Source: Phoronis australis (Eukaryota > Animalia > Phoronida). Taken from it: a stretch of 64,000 bases of DNA. The notes under the pieces are model-generated. The model worked only from the letters and a program-made list of their open reading frames with translations. It did no database searches and was not told the DNA's origin. The position numbers and the translations under genes are program-made. The stretch is taken from assembly GCA_002633005.1 (NCBI GenBank), contig NMRA01000347.1, forward strand, positions 1-64,000, in the 5' to 3' direction. Below are positions 26,949-40,300 of this stretch, in pieces; within the stretch, counting starts at the first letter, position 1, and every line of letters begins with the position of its first letter.

Positions 26949-27126
26949 CTATGTCAAATCTGTGGTTCTTCCATCGCCCAATGGTGCACCACGACAGAGG
27001 TCAAAGGTCACAAGTCACCAGTCACCTGATGCCAAGTCATCCCAGTAGCCGACAGCACTCTCCACGATCCTCGGCCTACCATGGCTTCCTTGCGGAGAGT
27101 TTGGACCATATTCCTCCTCCGCCAAA
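26949..27126 (+). CDS. Candidate Slo2 N-terminal exon (MSNLWFFHRPMVHHDRGQRSQ...LDHIPPPPK)
   Basis: tctgacag acceptor, ATG at 26951, locally GC-richer open frame, AA|gtaaga phase-2 donor in frame with exon 37302; no homology support available. Confidence 0.65.
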
Positions 27127-28257
27127 GTAAGACTCTGAAAATGGTTGGAAGGTCAGATGTCATGCGCTGAGTGTTTGCTTGAATGACACAGTACAACTTG
27201 GCCAAAATGGTATCACTTGCTATTATCACTGTAGGCCATGTCAGTCCATGGTATCATTGAAAAGGGAAACAAACATGTTGATTCATTTGGGGATTCGAAC
27301 ATGCCGTCAGACTCGTCTCTTTGGCGTGAAATAGTCCAATAAGCTAAGACCAGCATTCAGACTAGGTAAGCTTGTTACTCTGGACGGCTTTTCAGTATGA
27401 ATATGTGAATTTGTGTTGTAAAGCAGTAGATTGTTGGCACTGTCCAATGTTGTTACATGCCCATTGTGTGCACGGTGGTGTTACGTGGTTTGTATTCCAT
27501 TTTTGTATCACCTCCTAGTAGATCACAATATACTTGTGCACTGTGAAGTCTTAACTAGTGGCTGCTAAAAGTGGGCCATTTTTATTGTTTCCACTGTATT
27601 TTCAAAATAAAATCATGTTGTCTGGTGCCGCTAGTGCAACTGAACTTCAAAGTAATGTAAAGCATTCATTGGAAAGTGGATTGAAATTATTAAAGTACGG
27701 AAATAAATTTCACTTGTCTGGTAGATTTTGTGCTATACAGGAATATTTTATTCCAATCACTCTCCAGTTCTAATATAAAGTTGATGTCTGTCAAGAAAAT
27801 TTTAAAACATTACACTGGCCTAATTTTTCAATTTTTTTACAATTTAACCTGAAGGTAAATAGTAATAACTGTCCCCCCCAGAAGCATTCCATTTGTGTTG
27901 CAGTCGTTTACATTGCTCTTGTGTTGATATGAGTACAACTGCATATTAGTCAAAGAAAGAATTGAATAAATTTCACCAAAAAGAGACTTAATGAGATTCA
28001 TACATGAAGTATGGTCGTTTCCTTGTTGTCATTGCCATTGTCTGTTATTATCATCATCTTTATCAACAGTATCACTCATCCTCACCCTTGTCAACATTGT
28101 CCCCATAGTTATCCAACCTTTATAAATGCCAGACTGCATTGTGCTGATAATTAGCAGTTTTATTGATCTCTATAAGTGTGTGTAAGTTGGGTTTATCATG
28201 CATATATGTTTGATTTTCCTTTATAAATGTGTCTGTGATACATAGTCTGGAGAGACT

Positions 28258-28277
28258 ATGAGTGGCAACGAGTCAAG
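28258..28277 (+). CDS. Candidate short alternative start exon (MSGNESR)
   Basis: actATG, AG|gtaata phase-2 donor would give R-VRVEYF; short enough to arise by chance. Confidence 0.3.
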
Positions 28278-30846
28278 GTAATAAATAAAATTGATTTATT
28301 TAATGAAAGTCATCTGAGGAGCAACACTTAGGGAAATGAAAAGAAAAACTTGGAATTGAAGAACACTTAGGACCGCAGCCCTAAGCCTATGTGTGGCACC
28401 ACCATATAATACTCTAAATGATTGATAAATTGAAAGTGCTTTGAGTACTCAGTAAAACAGCAGTAATCAAATCAGAATACCTTGAATAACTTAGGATATG
28501 TAAGTGGTAGGGAAAATCAAATGGCACACTTCAGATAGCTCTTGAGGAGGTCTGTTTATAAACTAAATTTCAGAAGATTCTTTGTTCATATTTTGGGGGT
28601 CGTCATCAAAATGTAAAGGCAGGATCAGTCACAAATTTACAGTTGATATTTGCTCTTTTTGCCAATTTCTTCATGTACCAGCTCAGCAACTCTCAATGTA
28701 GATTACAAGTTTGCCAAGTTTACATTGATGATACGCCTATGTAATTATCAGGATATGAGAACCTGACCTTGCTTGGCTTGGGAAGAGTGCTGGACACATC
28801 TGTTGCATTGTGGGTAAAAACCTTGGAATGAGAGTGGTGCTGTGGTATTTTAGGCGGGCCTATGTATTCCAAGGGTGGCAAATGCTAGGTCCACACGAGT
28901 GGTTAAAGTCATTTGTTGTTTCACAGACAGACAGGCGAGCTGTCTTCGAAGTTGTCATTTTCGCCTGCAGTTTGTTTTCTTGACAACCAGTGTCGCTTTT
29001 AAACAAAAGCATTGAAATATTCACTATCATTCATAAATTTATTAATGCAACAACAAATAAAGCTCTCTTACCCCTTTGTGTGCGTGTCCCTTGAGTAAGC
29101 GGTTTGGTTACACAAGTGTTTGTTAGCTAAGGGGTAACACAGACCGTTAGCGAATCACTAGCTAAGGTGACATTTGTATGCGTTCGCATTCTGACACATT
29201 CTGAGATTGTTGATACTAGTGTTTTAGTCAGTTTGTGAACGGGATATGAGAACCTCATGGAAAGGTGCATTCTATTTCTGTGTTAAACAGCTTAACAGAA
29301 AAATTAATAAAAAAAACTGGGCGACATTTATATTTTTCCCACTTCTTAAAATTTCGCCAGTTTAGGGCACATATGGAGGATATGCAAGGGAACGTGTATT
29401 TGCTCATATATAGAGTTCCAGAACGTTACTTTGCCATGTCTATGTTCTGAATTGTAGCTATCAATAGAAACCATTTTGAAAAAATGTTGACATTCACAAC
29501 AACATTAGAAGTTGACAAATGAAAAAAAAGAATTTTTGCTTTACTTTCTTTCCTGAAAGGAGTGAAATTCTATTGCAGGTAACTCTTGGACAGGAAAGAA
29601 GGAGATAAAATTTGTTCGTTTCAATTCAGACTGCTGCACAAAAGCAGTTTTCAGATTTTAACCAATTCAACCAGCGTGGCGAGTGGCGACTCCTTAAGGA
29701 TTGTAAAACAAAAAGAGACTTTACACAACTGAATATTCACAAACTGGTAACTATGGATATGAGCTTTCTCAACAAATTAAGATAATTACAGGAACTACTT
29801 TCCAATTTCACAGCAGTGATTACAAAGAGTCTTGGTCGCCTATGGTTCTAATCAAGTTATTGCGCAACTTCATTTTCTAATGCAAATTAGTCTGGCAATC
29901 TTAAAAGCTCTGGAGTTTGCCGTGGCTACTTGATACTTGCGCCATCTTTTGGAGAATTTTATCTGTAACAAAAAATGTCAATACACAGTGTTTTGATAAG
30001 AGACATGACAAATTTTCATGACATTTATAAATTGTGCCAATTTTGTGAACACCTTTGATTGGCACTAGGTTTTCTAGTGATTAATGAGGCACACAGTGTT
30101 GGCTTATGTAGTAAACAGTTAATGAGGGATTTTTCTTTTACATTTGATTTGCTGTTCAGTTGTTTATTCATTTCCTTCACTGCTTAGTACCTTACTTTGA
30201 TGACTCTGTCTTCTATTTTCTGTTATATAGGTTGGACCTCCTGGTGATGTCTAGTCTTAGCTAAACTTTACCTTTTTAACAGTCAGAGCAGCTGTAATCC
30301 ACGTAATTGAGAGAATACCTAGAAGCTGATTCTGTTGAAACTGTTTAGAGGAGGGGATATCGGCTAAGTTAAGCAGTCTCTAGGAATTCATTTGCTAAGG
30401 ACTGGTTTCTGTTCCAGAGCGCACATAATTTATGTCAGCATCCTGAAGGAAATTTAATTTATCCAGGCTCCAGGAAATCTATACTGACATCTTTAGAATT
30501 GACTGGTATGAAGATAATGGCCTGGGTGCTTGTGGTCATTAATTCTCAATAATTGCGAATCTGTTCATTTATCCCAGTTTAAGAGTTGATCTTATGAATG
30601 CTGCAAACTATGTTATGCTGGTCTTGAATGAGCAGCAGTGTCTGTTGTGTGCGATATTGATGTGGGGAGTACTCAGTTGGTGCTACAGACAGTACTAAGT
30701 CACAAGTGGTGTCTTCGGTTTCTCTGAGTCTTGTTCATTATTCGCAACATAGAATTCCCCAGGAACGTTGGACATTGTAGTATTACTGACCTGAAGTTTT
30801 ATTGCTACAGCTGTGTGAATCGGCGCATTGCGCTTGAGATGACAAT

Positions 30847-30884
30847 ATGGCAGAATTCAACTATAACGATTATCGCTATCAGCC
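30847..30884 (+). CDS. Candidate alternative Slo2 start exon (MAEFNYNDYRYQP)
   Basis: aatATGG start context, in-frame upstream TGA at 30835, CC|gtgagt phase-2 donor, upstream acceptor attgctacag ending 30810. Confidence 0.55.
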
Positions 30885-31912
30885 GTGAGTATAATACAAG
30901 GTTTTATTGATTTCATGTTGATGTATTTCAATATAAAATATTATTTATTCGCTGGGCGAATACTGGTGGAACTTTTTTGACTGAATGAAATCAGTAGACC
31001 TTAACAGCTTAGACTACTGTGCTCTAAATTGGTTGGTTTTTTTGAGGTGTTTCTCGAATGTCTTAGCTTCACTGGTATGTTTTAAGGTCAATTTTGACTT
31101 ACCTCAATGAAATTTTGTTATTTTGAGAATGAGTTTGATGCCTGTTTGATTTAGTCAATGAGCTATACCTGGTATAGCTCATTGATTCAGTTAAGAAAAT
31201 ACTGGTTCTTGAGCTGAGAGACTTCTTTTAAGTAACTGGCCATGAAGTTTTGATAAAACATTAATATGACAATTTGATCATTGGTGGTGAGTACTGCCAG
31301 GCTTTGTGAAACATTGTGAATGTCTGCAGGTACACATGCTTGCTAGTCATGTGAACAAGGAAATGTCAGTTTGGAGAAGGCTTTTCAACATTTTCTGTTA
31401 TCTTTTGAACAGGTGGAAATGAACATGATAAGTAGTCAGAGCAGTAACATGCCCTGTGCATTCTGTTTATTGAGTCAAAAGGTAGATTTTCGCCTTCAAA
31501 AACTCTACTTGAGGATGGTCCATCTGACTTGTTACAAGTGTTAGACAGCGCGGCCGCGTTCAAATCCAGGCTGACAATAAATTATTGCACTAAGGTGTCT
31601 CCTACGCTTCTGAACTCAGTCTTACTAGTGAATCTGTGCAAGGAAGTGCATCTAGTGTCAGAACCTAATGCGAGAACGGTTTTTGGGGATTTGCTAAAAA
31701 ATTACAGATTTGAATATACACCTTGTTCAATTAATGAAGTCTATGAGTCCTAGATTACTTTGTTTAACGATAATTGTCTTGAAACATTGTGTGTATTCAA
31801 TTGTGTGCGTGTGAGTGTTAGTACGAAAGAGTCTGTGCATGAATGGACCCTTCGTTTTCTTTGTATGTGTTGTGTTAACCAATCAGATTGTTTCCAAGTG
31901 GGCATCGTGTTA

Positions 31913-31958
31913 CCGTATTCACCCTAATAGGTGCCCTGGGCGCTTAGGGTGAATACAG
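31913..31958. mobile_element. 46-bp minimal TIR-only element or hairpin
   Basis: TA-CCGTATTCACCCTAA...TTAGGGTGAATACAG-TA. Confidence 0.7.
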
Positions 31959-33300
31959 TAAATACTTTGCCAACTTAGAGCAGACTGAATTTAAAATCGT
32001 GGCTTGCCATTTATTTATACTCATTGATACGGAAACTGCTTTCGCATTAGAGTTGCAGTAAAACCTCGCCAAATTTAGACAAACATAATTTTCAAAATCT
32101 TCTAACACCTTTTTGACTGTCCACAAATGCATAGATGCTAGAAGAGCATTGTACCTTTGAAAACGACTAGCCATTTCTAAGGTATGATATTCGGTAGTTA
32201 ATGACATTTGTACAGTTTTCATGGGCCCTAATGTACATAACCTTAAGGATTGCTTTTAGCTACAATTTTTGTCTGAATCACTAACGTAATGCCCAGAATC
32301 ACAACCAAACCAAACTGAGAGGCAGTTCTAATTGAACTGTCCCATATTACACAGCGACACTTTCGAATCTCGAAATGCTGTAAACATCTGTCCAGTACAT
32401 TTTTGCCTTGTTTTCATGCCACTGAAGTTTAACATGTCATATGTTGTTGTCGGATTCTTTACAAGTTTTTTCTCGGTTGCATTAATCTTTGCTGTCCTAC
32501 GTTTTGCAACTCCGACACGAGAAAGTGTGATAAACTGGACAAATACCCGTGGATGCATGATCTGAAATTCTTCACCCTCTCGACATCAATGAGTGACTTG
32601 AAAATGTTGCTCGATTTCCAAAACGAAATCACGCCTTTCTTATCTCCTGACTGAGGAGAGTTCTATCGCCGTGTAATCCAGGATAGCCCTATTGGATCAA
32701 GGGATTTGGACACTGGTCAAGGGATTTAGACACTGGTCAAGAAAATACTTTGGTCCAAACCGGTTCGTATGAATTGAGAATAACCTGAAGATGCTCTTTA
32801 AATCCGATCATTTCGAGCACATTAAACTTTAATTCATTCCTACATGTAACTATATTCCAGCATAAACTGCTGTCCATACAGGAATTTCCTTCAGAGTACC
32901 CTAGTACTCCTAACATGAAATGCCTCTAGGTTTGCAGGCTGTGTGGACTATTAAAGCTTGTGCAACTTGTGCCCCGCTTGTGACAACTTACTACACCTGG
33001 TGGTGAGGCGGAGTAACTTGTTCGCCACTTGTAGTCACTGTGTCGCCTCAAACCTGGCGCAAGGTGAATGTTATTATCAGCTATGTGCTTGCGTTATTAC
33101 AATTACAAATGGGTCTTCTTTTTCACGTGTATTCGCATCAGATGTTCATTGTCACGCACAGAATGACAACTTCAGCCTTACGCTTAGGTCATCTCATATG
33201 TGTGTGTGTGTGGACTCTCCAATTAAAAGTGGGATAATTTGATCTTGCGCAAGATATTTTAGGGTAGGTCTGTGTGTGGATGGGACTTAAAATTTAACTA

Positions 33301-34692
33301 CCGTAATCGTTCGGGTTAACGCCCATGCTCAGTTAACCGCACATCCCCGACTTTAAGTGGATTTTCGATTTAACCGCCCACTGCTCGGTTAACCGCCCCC
33401 CTGCGATTTTTGAAGATTTCCAGTTAAGCGCCCACCTCTCGGTTAAGCGCCCATCCCCGACTTTTAAAGAATGAAGATTTGGCGCCTAGTGCTAAGGAAA
33501 CGCGCGATTCCCCGACTTTTAGAAAAAGATCGATGATCACAATGAGTGCAACGACGCCGGGACTCCCGAGACGGTGTTTTAGCAATCTGAATTACAATAC
33601 AGGTAACGAGTTGTTGTCTTGGGTCATGAACTCACTTCAAAATATAATACTTGAACCTTTTTGTCTCTTTATTTTCTTCCCTTGTTTGCAAAGTTTAAGA
33701 ACGCCGCCGCCGTCAAAACCTCCGCTTTCAGCAACTTTGTCTGCCGTGCTGAGTTTCCGTCTGCAGTGCACTAAATAAAACATATATTCGAAAAAATCAG
33801 GCCAGAAAAATGTGACAATGGTTTTGCCAACCCTCCAAATTCTATTAAGGTGGGAAGCTCTCGTAATTTGAACAAATCTCACAACTCACGGAAAGATGTC
33901 AAATTCTCAGTATTTTGATGAATATAACTGCCGGGTTATAGAGGATGTGGGGCGACCGAAGGGACAGTACAAGTTCCTTACTGGGTTACCGATTTCGTTG
34001 CTGCCTGTNNNNNNNNNNNNNNNNNNNNNNNNNNNNNNNNNNNNNNNNNNNNNNNNNNNNNNNNNNNNNNNNNNNNNNNNNNNNNNNNNNNNNNNNNNNN
34101 NNNNNNNNNNNNNNNNNNNNNNNNNNNNNNNNNNNNNNNNNNNNNNNNNNNNNNNNNNNNNNNNNNNNNNNNNNNNNNNNNNNNNNNNNNNNNNNNNNNN
34201 NNNNNNNNNNNNNNNNNNNNNNNNNNNNNNNNNNNNNNNNNNNNNNNNNNNNNNNNNNNNNNNNNNNNNNNNNNNNNNNNNNNNNNNNNNNNNNNNNNNN
34301 NNNNNNNNNNNNNNNNNNNNNNNNNNNNNNNNNNNNNNNNNNNNNNNNNNNNNNNNNNNNNNNNNNNNNCTAATCTGAGGGCAAGAGAACCTTTGTTGGG
34401 ATCATCCGCTGTTATGATGTTTTCACAGTCATTTGGCGACGTGACGATAAAGCTCTTTGAAAAGGGCTACGCGTTCCGAGTATGATTGTCGTGTCGGGAT
34501 TTAGATCGCCAGGTAAGATTAACCGCCCAGGGCGGTTGTCTGTCGTAATAAGCGCCCATGTTCGGTTAACCGCCCATCCCCTACTTTAGGTGGATTTTCG
34601 ATTTAACCGCCCACTGCTCGGTTAACCGCCCTCCCCCGATTTTTTGAAGTCGCCAATTTAACCGCCCAGGGCGTTAACCCGAACGATTACGG
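33301..34692. mobile_element. Non-autonomous TA-flanked DNA transposon (Tc1/mariner-pogo/Tc2-like)
   Basis: Perfect 24-bp TIR CCGTAATCGTTCGGGTTAACGCCC, TA on both sides, subterminal TTAACCGCCC repeats; internal N gap. Confidence 0.9.
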
Positions 34693-37301
34693 TAAATAAG
34701 CATTTTTTATGAAGAGAAATTAGTTATATTTCCAAGTTTCCCGCCAAATTGTAACGGGTGGAAGATGTATGACACTTGACATTCAATTGCAATGGCGAAA
34801 CAACAGATTAGTCAAGACGAGGATGATTTTGAGTGAGAACTGGACAGTTATTATGGAGACAGAGAAGAGAGAGGATGCAGGCATCACTCAAGTACTTGAA
34901 CATTCAATGGTTAACTTTGGTATTGTCAGAGCTTTAACCATGGTGTCTCTGTCAAAAGTGTGTGTGCTGTGGTATTATTTGATGATGTTTTTACAAACAT
35001 GAACCATTCATCCACTACAAGCATATCATTTCATTTATTATCCAATTGTGTACTAACATTTTTGATAGCCGTCTTGTGGTATGTTTGATGTCTTGCACAT
35101 CAAACTGTGACAGCAGCCTTCCTTGTGCCCTAACTTAATGACGGAACTACTTTGAAAGGTACAGCTAATTTCACAGTTTACAATGATCCAAACCTCTGAT
35201 ACTACTATTAGAGTTAAGTTTAGTTTTGGTCCGTGCAAAAATCGTAACTCCCAGACTTAATTAGCCATCACAACTCCTCCAAAACACATTGATTATACTT
35301 TGGAGTTGGGGGGATTACGCAACTCTCTAGCAGAGGGAAGATTAAATGTATTCCGGTGGCAGTAATTGCTAAAGGTTGTAATATGAAAATGCAATCTGCC
35401 ATATGCTACGTATCTGGAGTTTAATCCCTGGAACAAGTGGAAACTTAAAAGATGTTGTTACCGGGGAGCAGTTAGTGGGAAATGTAGGGGTAGTTGTGGA
35501 TAGGCCAGACAGAGTTTTGCTTAATGGGAAATCAACATTTGATTCTCCCCACTTCATCAATTTATAAATTGATTGCAAGTGTTTTATTGATAGCAAAGCA
35601 TAAGTTTGCTTGAAATTTCTGGCTCTAAATTAGCTGGGGGCTTGGGAAGACAAAGGGACATGGGAATGGAGTGTCTAGAAGTGCCTGTTAGTAAATGGGA
35701 GTAAAACATGTAAATATGTTTGCAATTATTTATCACTCTGTGTGGATTACTGGTCATTGATCCATTTGTCTCCTAAGTACTGTTGTATGTCAGCCTGTCT
35801 GAACACCTGGTATATGTGCATAATTTATGTGAACAGGGACTAGCATCTGTGTTGGTGAGCTATTTAATGATTGAAATGGAAGTTAATCTGGTTCAGGGAA
35901 TGGTCTGAGTGGCCATCGCAGGGATTAAAATGTAACGGCTTGGTGTAATTATGTCATGGCATAGATAGAAAAGAAGACGGCCTCTTTCAATACAACCTCT
36001 ACAAAAACGATGGCTAAACGAAGAGTTTAACATTTCTGGTTATTAAATGTGATTGAAACCTACAATTTGTTGCTTTTGATTAAAAAAATCAGATGTAAAT
36101 TGAGATCACAGACTCTTACTGTCTACTTTTACCACAGGTGTCACTCTGACCATTGGCAAATAAATACCGTTGGACCTTAGTGTTCTGTAACATCAGTGTG
36201 ACTTAATATGGAATCTTGCATATGACGTGTCATTCCCACGAATTCAGACTCCCACTTTTCATATCTCAGATGAACCCCTGGTCTCGTGAATTGCAATCTA
36301 ATGGGGAACTTGAAAGTGACTTGCTGTCGCTATTGAAAGCAAGTGAGGCTCTTTCCCATAGGAATGCCTACATATATAGAATTACATAGGTTCCTTATCA
36401 CATGTACAACACAATGCAGTTACCATACCAACATAGTGTAAATTGGACCAATCCACTACCAATACTGTTAGATCTAAACCCCAGGATATTACACTGTGTA
36501 AAAAGAAAGTGTGAGATACGCACATGAAAGGCAATATATGCATACTCAAGTATCTTTGTAACTGAGTTTATGTGTCCCTTTGACTTCCCCCGTCATTAAC
36601 AGCTTAATATTCTTTTAAATGACTTATTCTTATTGAATGACATGGGCTGGGCAACATATTCAATTTTGAGTTTCGAAAATGGGTCTCCCTATATAAATAT
36701 GGCTATCCTACTCTTCGGGCAGGGCCCCTTTGACTTTTTGATTTTGGGTGTTTTAGTGCAGTCATGTAGTTGTGTCTAAGCATGCAGTGCCTTTATCTCG
36801 GCAACTTGTCCAAATGAAACTTCCATGGCAATGGTGTGTGGCTTTTGATGCTGAGTGTATATTACAGCACTATGGAGAATGAGATGTGTGTGTGTGTGTG
36901 TGNTGTGACTTGTCCTGAGAGCTACCAGGATCATGTTTGGTATTGTCCATTTCCTTCTTTCTATTGTTGTTTTCCTAGGGGTGTACCCTTCTTTTTGTTG
37001 AATTTTACTAAAACGTTGTGGTCACATGACCCAATTAATTACGAATCAACTAATATAAAGGCTTTCAACTTTACAAAATTGCTCTTATGGAGCTAATCTC
37101 TGCTGTTTTCTGGATGCTTGGATAAATTCAAAGACCTGTTGATATAGGGTTTACAGAGCACTTTAATTTTTATGTGTTTATAAACATTGTTCAAAATTGC
37201 CAGCTTGAAGTGTATTAGTTGTGTTTTGAAATCTTTATTCATTTAAATTCTTGAATGATTTGCTTGTGCGGTCCAAAAATGCTTTCGCTTCTCTGTTACA
37301 G

Positions 37302-37381
37302 AGTCCGTGTGGAGTATTTCACCAATGAGAGGTCCTTTAAAGAGAGGCTACAACTGTATTTTGTGAAAAACCAACGATCGA
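37302..37381 (+). CDS. KCNT1: Slo2 exon, pre-S1 ([26 protein letters not shown])
   Basis: ctctgttacag acceptor, A|gtgagt donor, 80 nt, phase 2 to 1; matches KCNT [28 protein letters not shown]. Confidence 0.95.
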
Positions 37382-40300
37382 GTGAGTAAGCTTATTTGTT
37401 TCTGTTAAATTTTAAATTCATTCAAGTTAATAACTCCACCAAGTGATTCAGTTCCCCAGAAATAGTTCATTTGTGCTGCCGACAGAAACATTTTTTAAAA
37501 TTATCTGTGTACTTCATGTGATCAAAACTATGCTTCTGTGGAAATAATGTCCACAAAAATCTTTCATGAAAAAAGCTACCTTTCATCTATCAGATCGGCT
37601 CTTTTTGTCACCAAAATGATTGTGATTGTTAAGATCTAAAAGCAGATGAATGCTGACCCATGCTCTTGCTTAACTAAAGATGCTTATTGTTAAATGACTT
37701 CAACTGATTCTAAGATCAATTGTTTTACGCGATATTTTGACATTTAACTTACTAATTAGCTGTAAAGGTTTGTTTGTAATTGAGGGGAACGTTCTAAGAA
37801 ACTGACTTAAGTTCATTTTTGGCTTAAGTGTAAGATTTTCTCAACTTCCAAACTTTAAAACATCGGCATCCTGTAAAAACAGTCCGAAGAATTCAAGTCA
37901 AAAACTTAAGTTAAACTTGAGATCTCTTTCTTGAAACTTTTCCGTAAAAATTGTTGAAAATTTTAGATTAATGTCTTAGCTAAATCAACCTAATCTTGGA
38001 ATTGTCTTTGTATTTTCATTAGCATACCTTTACATTCATTTAAATTTCCTTTTTCGTAAAAGCAATGGTCATGAATGTCTACATATTCTTGTTACAATAG
38101 ACTCTTAACGACAGAAATTTATTTGTGGCAGTGCATTATCAGAAAAAGAGATACCATACTCAGGCCATTAATACTGGAAAATTCAAGACAATAACTGTCT
38201 TTTAAGAATGAAACAGCAGTCCTCGTGACCATTTACCAATTTGCCCACGCAGGTGCCTTCACCATTGCTTGCACACATCATGTACATTACATCAGAATGT
38301 GAACCCAGGAGCTAAGCACAAACTATTAACATGTACTTCTCTGTAAAAGGGGATATTCTTTCCGCCCAAATGTGATAAGGTTCCACTTCAGAACCGGGAA
38401 GTTAAGTTCTGATGAGACTGCCGCTCTCAAAGAAATTGGCACTCAATGAACGAAGTTTCTATTGTACTAAGTGGGAGTGAGTATAAAGCCAGGTTTGGGC
38501 ATTTTTAAAAAACGAGAAGTTTGAAGGTTTCCAAGTATCTCTTTGGAAATAATGGCTTACCGAGGGTCTAACAGAACTCGGGTCCAATCTTTTTTGTGGT
38601 AATCGAACCCAAACTTTTTTGACATTTGGTCTTAACACGGTGGTGATTGTATAAAATTGGGTGGTCATAAAGCATGAAAAATAAAAAAACTAAAGTAAAA
38701 GCCTGGGGGGTTGTAAAGCTGAACATGGATGTTATCCGGATGAGTATGGTATATCTTTTGTTGATTTTCAATTTTATTATCAAGTTTTGAGTTATTGTCT
38801 TTTAAGACTACTAAGCATGTGAATATTGTCTGCTCCATGTTGAGAAGGTACAACACATTGCTCACAGCTTGGTTCAGACATTAAAGAACTTTATGGCATA
38901 TTCTAGCTTTCAGCTTCACAATCTGTTTGATGGCAAGTGATTATGATTTTTAGACAGAAATTTGGCGTTATGCTTCACACAAGTATTTTTGAAAACTAAT
39001 TGAATCTCACTTTAGCAAAAGAACAAAGTCTCTCATTATTGATATCTAAAGTGTGATGCGCTCTTAATTACTTGGCTAAACTATGATGTAAGACCGTACG
39101 ACCAAATTTCTGTTTTAAGTGTTTTTAAGACACTTTCATGACACAGACTTTTCGTTCAAGTGGTTTGTGTCAAGTTGTTAAAAGTGGGACATGTAACATA
39201 ACCTGTATATCAACCGTTCCCCACAGGTCTACGGATTCGGATATTCAATCTCATAATCAAAGTTGTGTCGTGTATTCTATACGTTGTCCGTGTTGGCATC
39301 GATGAGACTCATAAATACTGGTAAAAAAGCGGTTGATGTTGTAACTATGGCAACCTTTAACTGCACGTGACTCCTAGTTTACTGTTCGCTAGATGTGTTG
39401 TTTGTTTTACAGAATTTCAACTTGGTTTCAATTCTGTCTGACTGAAATTTTACATACACAAAATAATACAAATAATTTTTAATTTTCTTTTCTCTGCTTC
39501 TCCTGGACAGCTTTCCTTTTGAAAATTAGCATGTTCATGTGGGATTTTAATGCATGCTTGATTTAAAAAACATTGGTTTTCAGGCCCAATGTAGCAAAAG
39601 TTACTGCCAGAGTTTTTTTCTAACAGGCCCTCCTTCAGATACACCCGGTGGGCATGTCACAAACAAACTTTTCTGTAGATACGCCTATGCCCAGGGCATA
39701 TTTTGGAAAATATCATGTTTTTACCCTTTAACTGTTCCCAGGTTTTGTAGGAATTGGATACCAAGTAAATAAATACATATAGTGTACCTAATTATCGAAC
39801 GGACCCTAAATATCGGACATTTCATAAAATCTTACCTGAAGCGTTGTCTGAGAATTAAATGACACCAATTTTCGTTCAGTTGTAATGCATTCAATGTCCG
39901 GCACCGTCTCGTTATTTTACAGCGTTACCTCATTTTGATTTTACCGAGAGAGGGTGCAATTTAGACCCCCAAGTCGGCCTAAAATGGACGATTGCTTAAA
40001 TCGGTTATAAAAGTTGAAAACAAAATCTTTTTCCACAATGAAACCGTCTCATTGAACTGACAATATGTCACTGTTCCATTTTTTTATTTGTTTTTAAACT
40101 CAAGTGAAACCCCGACCGCGCACGTGCGGGTGTCATATCAAGAAGCTAACGAGATACTTAAAACTGCATTGAGTTTGCGCGTGCTTTAGTCGTCTGCACT
40201 GATTCATCAAAACGACTTGGCGCCGTCATCAGATTTCATTTTATGGATTAATATTCTTGCGAATGGACCTGTGCTCTAGCAGCATATATGTCAAAACACT

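Noticed and set aside
27285-27365. tRNA gene on the minus strand (GTTCGAATCCCC B box)
   Set aside because: No cloverleaf or clear A box; at most a decayed SINE fragment.
13213-32242. One 19-kb element bounded by TTAA-GGTTATGT and ACATAACC-TTAA
   Set aside because: The same short termini recur elsewhere (near 1260 and 2610), so these are more simply ends of separate truncated copies.
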